This document shows, piece after piece, positions 56,536 through 64,000 of a stretch of DNA of 64,000 bases. The DNA comes from the human T2T-CHM13v2.0 reference genome, Homo sapiens. Position numbers and translations under genes: made by a program. The notes beneath the pieces were generated by a model that was not told the origin of the DNA, ran no database searches, and saw nothing but the letters and a program-made list of their open reading frames with translations. The stretch is taken from positions 35,808,001 to 35,872,000 of the forward strand of contig CP086569.2 of assembly GCA_009914755.4 (NCBI GenBank), read 5' to 3'. Every line of letters starts with the position of its first letter. Within the stretch, counting starts at the first letter, position 1.

Positions 56536-59500
56536 GACTGGAATGGAATGTTCTTGAAGTGAATGGACTCCAATGGAATGGATTCGAAAGGAATGGAATC
56601 TAATGGAATGGAATTAAATGGAAATGAATCAAATTGAATAGAACGGAATTGAATTGAATGGAATCGAATGCAATGGAATCTAATGAAACGGAAAGGAAAG
56701 GAATGGAATGGAATGGAATGGGCTGGAATGGAAAGGAATCGAAACGAATGGAATGGAATCGAACTGAAGAGACTGGAATGGAATGCACTGGAATGGAAGG
56801 GAATGTAATGGAAGGTTCTCGAAAAAAATGGAATCGAAAGGAATGGAATTGAATGGAACGGAATAGAGTCGAATGGAATTCAATGGAATGGAATGGACTA
56901 GAGTGAAATGGAATCGAACCACAAGGAATGGACAGGAATAGAATGGTCTCGAATTGAATGGAATCGTATGGAATGGCATCAAACGGAATGGAATGGACAC
57001 CCACGGAATGGAATGCACTCGAATGCAATGGAGTCGAAACTAATGGACTGGAATAGAATGGACTCGACTGGTACGGACTCCAATGGAATGGAATCGAATG
57101 GAAGGGAATCGAACGGAATGGACTCGAAGGGAAAAGACTGCAATGGAAAGGTCTCGAATGGAATGGAAATTAATGGAATCGAATGGAATCGAATGAAATG
57201 GAGTCAAAAGGAATGGAATCGAATGGCAAGAAATCGAATGTAATGGAATCGCAAGGAATTGATGTGAACGGAACGGAATGGAATGGAATCCAAAGGAATG
57301 GAATAGAATGGAATGGAATCGAATGGAAAGGACTCGAATGGCAATCACTCGAATAGATTGCAATTTAATAAAATAGGATCAAATGTAATGGAATGGAATG
57401 GAAAGGAATCGAAACGAAAGGAATGGAGACAGATGGAATGGAATGGAACAGAGAGCAATGGTATAGAATGGAATGGAATCATCTGGAATGGAATTGAATG
57501 GAATGGAATAATATGAAATGGAATGGAATGGAATGGAATGCCTTTGAATTAAATGGACTGGAATGGAATGGACTCGAACAGAGTGGAATGGAAAGTGTTG
57601 AAATAGAATGGAATGGACTCGTTTGGAATGGTCTAGTATGCAATGCAATCGACTGGCAGGGAATCAAAAGGAATGTAATCGAATGGATTGGACTGGAATG
57701 CAATGGACTCGAATAGATTGGAAACGGAAAGCAAAGGAATGGAATGGAATAGTATGGAATGGAATGGAAAGGAATGGAGTGGAATAGACTAGAGTGGAAT
57801 GGAATGGACTGGAAAGCAATGGACTGGAATGGAACTTTCTTGAATGGACTGGAATCAAACGGAATGGAATGCAATGCAATCAAATGGCATGGAATAAAAT
57901 AGAATGAAAGAGAATCAAATGGAATTGAATCGAATGGAATCGAATGGATTGGAAAGGAATAGAATGGAATGGAACGGAATTGACTCAAATGGAATGGACT
58001 AGAATGGAATGGATTCGAATGGAAGGCAAAGGAATGGAATCTATTGGAATGGACTGTAATGGAATGGAATGGAAGGGATTGGAATGGACTCGAATGGAAT
58101 GGACTGCCATAGAAAGGATTCGAATGGAATGAAAAAGAATTGAATGGAATAGAACAGAATGGAATCAAATCGAATGAAATGGAATGGAATAGAAAGGAAT
58201 GGAGTGAAATGGAATGGAAAGGATTCGAATGGAATGCAATCGAATGGAATGCAATCGAATGGAATGGAATCGAACGGAATGGAATAAAATGGAAGAAAAC
58301 TGGCAAGAAATGGAATCGAAATGAACGGAGTGTTATGGAACGGACTCAAAAGGAATTGAATGTAATAGAATGGAGTGGAGTGGACTCGAATATAATGGAC
58401 TGGAATGGAATGAAATCACATGGAATGGGAACGAATGGAATGGAATGGAAAGGAATGGAATCGAATGGAAAGGAATCGAATGGAAGGGAATGAAATTGAA
58501 TCAACAGGAATGGAAGGGAGTAGAATAGACGGTAATGGAATGGACTCGAATAGAATGGACACGAATGCTCAAATTGAATGGACTCGAATGGAATGGAAAC
58601 GAAAGGAATGTCATCGAATGGAATTGAATCGATTGGAATGAAATCACATAGAATGGAGTGGAATCAAATGGAATTGAATCGAAAGGAAAGGAAGCGAATG
58701 GACTGAAATGAAATGGAATGGAATTGAATGGAAATTAATGCAATGGAATAGAATGGAACGAAATTTCACGGAATGGAATCAAACTGAATGGAATCAAATC
58801 AATGGAATATAATCAAATGGAATGGAAAGGAATTGAATGGAGTAGATTGGATTGGATGGGATTGGAATGAAATGTACTGGAAAGGACTCGAATTTCATGA
58901 AACGGAATGGAATGAATTAGAACGGAATGGACTCGAATGGAATGGAATGTCATGGAATGGCATCAAATGGAATGGAATCGAATGCGATGGAATGCTATGG
59001 AATGGAATGGAATGCATTGGAATGGAATGTCCTCTAATGGAATGTATTCGAGTGGAATGGAATCGAATATAATGGAGTCTAATGAAATGGAATTGAAAGG
59101 AATGGGACCGAATACAATGGAATATACTGGAATGTAATGTAATGAACTCGAATGTAATTGACTGGAATGGAATGTACATGAATGGAATGTAATCGAATGG
59201 AAAGCAATCCAATGGAATAGAATCTAATGCAATAAAATCGACTCAAATAGAGTAGAATGTAATGAAATGGAGTGCAGTGCAATGGAATGGAATGGAATGG
59301 AATGCAATGGAATGGAATGGAATGGGATGGAATGGTATGGAATGGATAGTAATGGACTGGAGTGAAATGGACTGGAAAAGAATGGACTCAAATTGAAAGG
59401 GCTCGAAAGGAATGGAGTCAAATGGAATGGTCTGGAATGGAATGAACACGAATGTAATGCAATCCAATAGAATGGAATCGAATGGCATGGAATATAAAGA

Positions 59501-60039
59501 AATGGAATCGAAGAGAATGGAAACAAATGGAATGGAATTGAATGGAATGGGAACGAATGGAGTGAAATTGTATGCAGTAGAAGAGAATAGAATGGAATGC
59601 AAGCGAAAGGAAAGGAATGGATTGGAATGGAATGGAATTCATTGGAATGGAAGGGAATGTAGTGTAATGGACAGGCCTGGAATAAAGTGGAATGCTACGG
59701 TCTCGAATGGAATAAAAATGTATGGAATGGAATGCAATGAAACGGAATCGAATGTCATAGAATGTAATGGAATGCAAAAAAATGGACTCCAAAATCATTG
59801 ACTGGAAAGGCTGGGTGTCGAAAGGAATTGCCTCCAATGGAATGGAATCGAATGGAATGGAAGTGAATAGAATGGAACTAAATCGAATGGAATGGAATTG
59901 ATAGGAACGGAATGGAAAGGAATGCAATGATTTGGCATGGAATGGAATCGAATGGCATCGAATGGAATGGAATGGAATGCAATGGAATGGAATGTATTAG
60001 AATGTAATGAACTTTAATGGAATGTACTCGAATGGATTC
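56536..60039 (+). repeat. HSat3 HOR copy 17 (3504 bp), subtype D-prime
   Basis: Private variants shared with copy 18: only one copy of ggaatggaattgaat near 56.03 kb, ggaattgcctcc, ggcaatcactcgaatagattgc, and a single ggaatggacacccacg. Confidence 0.85.
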
Positions 60040-63000
60040 GACTGGAATGGAATGTTCTTGAAGTGAATGGACTCCAATGGAATGGATTCGAAAGGAATGG
60101 AATCTAATGGAATGGAATTAAATGGAAATGAATCAAATTGAATAGAACGGAATTGAATTGAATGGAATCGAATGCAATGGAATCTAATGAAACGGAAAGG
60201 AAAGGAATGGAATGGAATGGAATGGGCTGGAATGGAAAGGAATCGAAACGAATGGAATGGAATCGAACTGAAGAGACTGGAATGGAATGCACTGGAATGG
60301 AAGGGAATGTAATGGAAGGTTCTCGAAAAAAATGGAATCGAAAGGAATGGAATTGAATGGAACGGAATAGAGTCGAATGGAATTCAATGGAATGGAATGG
60401 ACTAGAGTGAAATGGAATCGAACCACAAGGAATGGACAGGAATAGAATGGTCTCGAATTGAATGGAATCGTATGGAATGGCATCAAACGGAATGGAATGG
60501 ACACCCACGGAATGGAATGCACTCGAATGCAATGGAGTCGAAACTAATGGACTGGAATAGAATGGACTCGACTGGTACGGACTCCAATGGAATGGAATCG
60601 AATGGAAGGGAATCGAACGGAATGGACTCGAAGGGAAAAGACTGCAATGGAAAGGTCTCGAATGGAATGGAAATTAATGGAATCGAATGGAATCGAATGA
60701 AATGGAGTCAAAAGGAATGGAATCGAATGGCAAGAAATCGAATGTAATGGAATCGCAAGGAATTGATGTGAACGGAACGGAATGGAATGGAATCCAAAGG
60801 AATGGAATAGAATGGAATGGAATCGAATGGAAAGGACTCGAATGGCAATCACTCGAATAGATTGCAATTTAATAAAATAGGATCAAATGTAATGGAATGG
60901 AATGGAAAGGAATCGAAACGAAAGGAATGGAGACAGATGGAATGGAATGGAACAGAGAGCAATGGTATAGAATGGAATGGAATCATCTGGAATGGAATTG
61001 AATGGAATGGAATAATATGAAATGGAATGGAATGGAATGGAATGCCTTTGAATTAAATGGACTGGAATGGAATGGACTCGAACAGAGTGGAATGGAAAGT
61101 GTTGAGATAGAATGGAATGGACTCCTTTGGAATGGTCTAGTATGCAATGCAATCGACTGGCAGGGAATCAAAAGGAATGTAATCGAATGGATTGGACTGG
61201 AATGCAATGGACTCGAATAGATTGGAAACGGGATGCAAAGGAATGGAATGGAATAGTATGGAATGGAATGGAAAGGAATGGAGTGGAATAGACTAGAGTG
61301 GAATGGAATGGACTGGAAAGCAATGGACTGGAATGGAACTTTCTTGAATGGACTGGAATCAAACGGAATGGAATGCAATGCAATCAAATGGCATGGAATA
61401 AAATAGAATGAGAGAGAATCAAATGGAATTGAATCGAATGGAATCGAATGGATTGGAAAGGAATAGAATGGAATGGAATGGAATGGACTCAAATGGAATG
61501 GACTAGAATGGAATGGATTCGAATGGAAGGCAAAGGAATGGAATCTATTGGAATGGACTGTAATGGAATGGAATGGAAGGGATTGGAATGGACTCGAATG
61601 GAATGGACTGCAATAGAAAGGATTCGAATGGAATGAAAAAGAATTGAATGGAATAGAACAGAATGGAATGAAATCGAATGAAATGGAATGGAATAGAAAG
61701 GAATGGAATGAAATGGAATGGAAAGGATTCGAATGGAATGCAATCGAATGGAATGGAATCGAACGGAATGGAATAAAATGGAAGAAAACTGGCAAGAAAT
61801 GGAATCGAAATGAATGGAGTGTTATGGAACGGACTCAAAAGGAATTGAATGTAATAGAATGGAGTGGAGTGGACTCGAATATAATGGACTGGAATGGAAT
61901 GAAATCACATGGAATGGGAACGAATGGAATGGAATGGAAAGGAATGGAATCGAATGGAAAGGAATCGAATGGAAGGGAATGAAATTGAATCAACAGGAAT
62001 GGAAGGGAATAGAATAGACGGTAATGGAATGGACTCGAATAGAATGGACACGAATGCTCAAATTGAATGGACTCGAATGGAATGGAAACGAAAGGAATGT
62101 CGTCGAATGGAATTGAATCGATTGGAATGAAATCGCATAGAATGGAGTGGAATCAAATGGAATTGAATCGAAAGGAAAGGAAGCGAATGGTCTGAAATGA
62201 AATGGAATGGAATTGAATGGAAAGTAATGCAAGGGAATAGAATGGAACGAAATTTCACGGAATGGAATCAAACTGAATGGAATCAAATCAATGGAATATA
62301 ATCAAATGGCATGGAAAGGAATTGAATGGAGTAGATTGGATTGGATGGGATTGGAATGAAATGTACTGGAAAGGACTCGAATTTCATGAAATGGAATGGA
62401 ATGAACTGGAACGGAATGGACTCGAATGGAATGGAATGTCATGGAATGGCATCAAATGGAATGGCATCAAATGGAATGGAATCGAATGCAATGGAATGCT
62501 ATGGAATGGAATGGAATGCATTGGAATGGAATGTCCCCTAATGGAATGGATTCGAGTGGAATGGAATCGAATATAATGGAGTCGAATGAAATGGAATTGA
62601 AAGGAAAGGGATCGAATACAATGGAATATACTGGAATGTAATGTAATGAACTCGAATGTAATTGACTAGAATGGAATGTACATGAATGGAATGTAATCGA
62701 ATGGAAAATAATCTCATGGAATAGAATCTAATGCAATAAAATCGACTCAAATAGAATAGAATGGAATGGAGTGGAGTGCAGTGCAATGGAATGGAATGGA
62801 ATGGAATGCAATGGAATGGAATGGAATGGGATGGAATGGTATGGGATGGATAGAAATGGACTGGAGTGAAATGGACTGGAAAGTAATGGACTCAAATTGA
62901 AAGAGCTCGAAAGAATGGAGTCAAATGGAATGGTCTGGAATGGAATGAACACGAATGTAATGCAATCCAATAGAATGGAATCGAATGGCATGGAATATAA

Positions 63001-63557
63001 AGAAATGGAATCGAAGAGAATGGAAACGAATGGAATGGAATTGAATGGAATGGAATTGAATGGAATGGGAACGAATGGAGTGAAATTGTATGCAGTAGAA
63101 GAGAATAGAATGGAATGCAAGCGAAATTAAAGGAATGGATTGGAATGGAATGGAATTCATTGGAATGGAAGGTAATGTATTGCAATGGACAGGCCTTTAA
63201 TAAAGTGGAATGCTACGGTCTCGAATGGAATAAAAATGTATGGAATGGAATTCAATGAAACGGAATCGAATGTCATAGAATGTAATGGAATGCAAAAAAA
63301 TGGAATCCAAAATCATTGACTGGAAAGGCTGGGTGTCGAAAGGAATTGACTCCAATGGAATGAAATCGAATGGAATGGAAGTGAATAGAATCGAAGTAAA
63401 TCGAATGGAATGGAATTGTTAGGAACGGAATGGAAAGGAGTGCAATGATTTGGCATGGAATGGAATCGAATGGCATTGAATGGAGTGGAATGGAATGCAA
63501 TGGAATGGAATGTATTAGAATGTAATGAACATTAATGGAATGTACTCGAATGGATTC
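60040..63557 (+). repeat. HSat3 HOR copy 18 (3518 bp), subtype D-prime with a diverged tail
   Basis: Adjacent near-twin of copy 17. The last ~1 kb (62.5-63.5 kb) carries many private substitutions. Confidence 0.8.
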
Positions 63558-64000
63558 GACTGGAATGGAATGTTCTGGAAGTGAATGGACTCCAATGGAA
63601 TGGATTCGAAAGGAATGGAATCTAATGGAATGGAATTAAATGGAAACGAATCAAATTGAATAGCACGGAATTGAATTGAATGGAATCGAATGCAATGGAA
63701 TCTAATGAAATGGAAAGGAAAGGAATGGAATGGAATGGAATGGGCTGGAGTTGAATGGAATCGATACGAATGGAATGGAATAGAACTGAAGAGACTGGAA
63801 TGGAATTCACTGGAATGGAAGGGAGTGTAATGGAAGGATCTCGAAAAAAATGGAATCGAATGGAATGGAATTGAATGGAACGGAATAGAGTCGAATGGAA
63901 TTCAATGGAATTGAATGGACTAGAGTGAAATGGAATCGAACCACAAGGAATGGACAGGAATAGAATGGTCTCGAATTGAATGGAATCGTATGGAATGACA
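63558..64000 (+). repeat. HSat3 HOR copy 19 (partial, truncated by window end)
   Basis: Begins with gactggaatggaatgttctggaagtgaatggactcc. Diverged, for example ggctggagttgaatggaatcgatacg. Confidence 0.8.

Larger units (their letters stand above)
1..64000 (+). repeat. Human satellite III (HSat3) (GGAAT)n tandem array. Purine-rich GGAAT strand is +. Likely DYZ1-type (Yq12) given the ~3.5-kb higher-order repeat.
   Basis: Seen: almost every 5-bp register is ggaat or a one- or two-base variant (gcaat, ggact, cgaat, gaaat, ggatt). No 171-bp alpha-satellite periodicity. No 23/26-bp HSat2 motif. No non-satellite insert anywhere in 64 kb. Recall: a 3.4-3.6-kb HOR built from GGAAT is the classic DYZ1 unit. 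The family call is very secure. The chromosome assignment is about 0.6. Confidence 0.95.

Noticed and set aside
1-64000. Six-frame ORF track suggests dozens of 60-275-aa genes on both strands, possibly a repeated operon or novel system
   Set aside because: All ORFs are translations of GGAAT/ATTCC, which contains no stop codon in any frame. They overlap in every frame and on both strands. They are low complexity and repeat once per 3.5-kb HOR. None has a recognisable domain and there is no surrounding gene context.
1-64000. CRISPR array (highly regular direct repeats)
   Set aside because: Periodicities are 5 bp and about 3.5 kb, not 28-37-bp repeats alternating with unique spacers. There is no leader or cas context. 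The sequence is eukaryotic satellite.
1-64000. Alpha satellite or HSat2 instead of HSat3
   Set aside because: There is no 171-bp periodicity and the characteristic alpha-satellite monomer sequence is absent. I also see no HSat2-type 23/26-bp CATTCGATTCCATTCGATGAT-based units. Simple GGAAT pentamers dominate. I did not see the CAACCCGAGT decamer sometimes found in HSat3 either, but its absence does not contradict an HSat3/DYZ1 call.
1-64000. Telomeric (TTAGGG)n, rDNA, tRNA or other RNA genes
   Set aside because: No TTAGGG runs are present. No segment departs from pentamer structure long enough to hold a structured RNA gene.

Overview
The whole 64-kb window is one uninterrupted tandem array of the pentamer GGAAT (ATTCC on the minus strand). 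This is the signature of human satellite III (HSat3) pericentromeric/heterochromatic DNA. It is not prokaryotic or gene-bearing sequence. The pentamers are organised into a roughly 3.5-kb higher-order repeat (HOR), with 18 full copies plus a partial 19th. Unit starts are at 1, 3535, 7084, 10618, 14131, 17674, 21188, 24701, 28245, 31779, 35292, 38836, 42370, 45919, 49453, 53007, 56536, 60040 and 63558. Unit lengths by hand count are 3504-3554 bp.

From memory, a ~3.5-kb HOR of GGAAT is characteristic of the Y-chromosome DYZ1 block on Yq12. I cannot confirm the chromosomal assignment without an alignment.

Above the HOR level there are multi-unit near-identical duplications. A three-unit, 10,591-bp tandem duplication lies at about 19.9-29.2 kb versus 30.5-39.8 kb. 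Another long near-identical block lies at 1 to about 8.9 kb versus 38.8 to about 47.7 kb (offset 38,835 bp). There are adjacent near-twin units at the right end (units 15/16 and 17/18). The identity breakpoints fall inside HOR units, and the right-most units are more diverged.

I find no credible protein-coding genes, RNA genes, CRISPR arrays or transposon insertions. All six-frame ORFs are translations of the stop-free pentamer (MEWNG... on the plus strand, IPFHS... on the minus strand) and recur once per HOR copy. There is no novel gene system here. The interesting biology is the recent amplification and homogenisation architecture of the satellite array itself.
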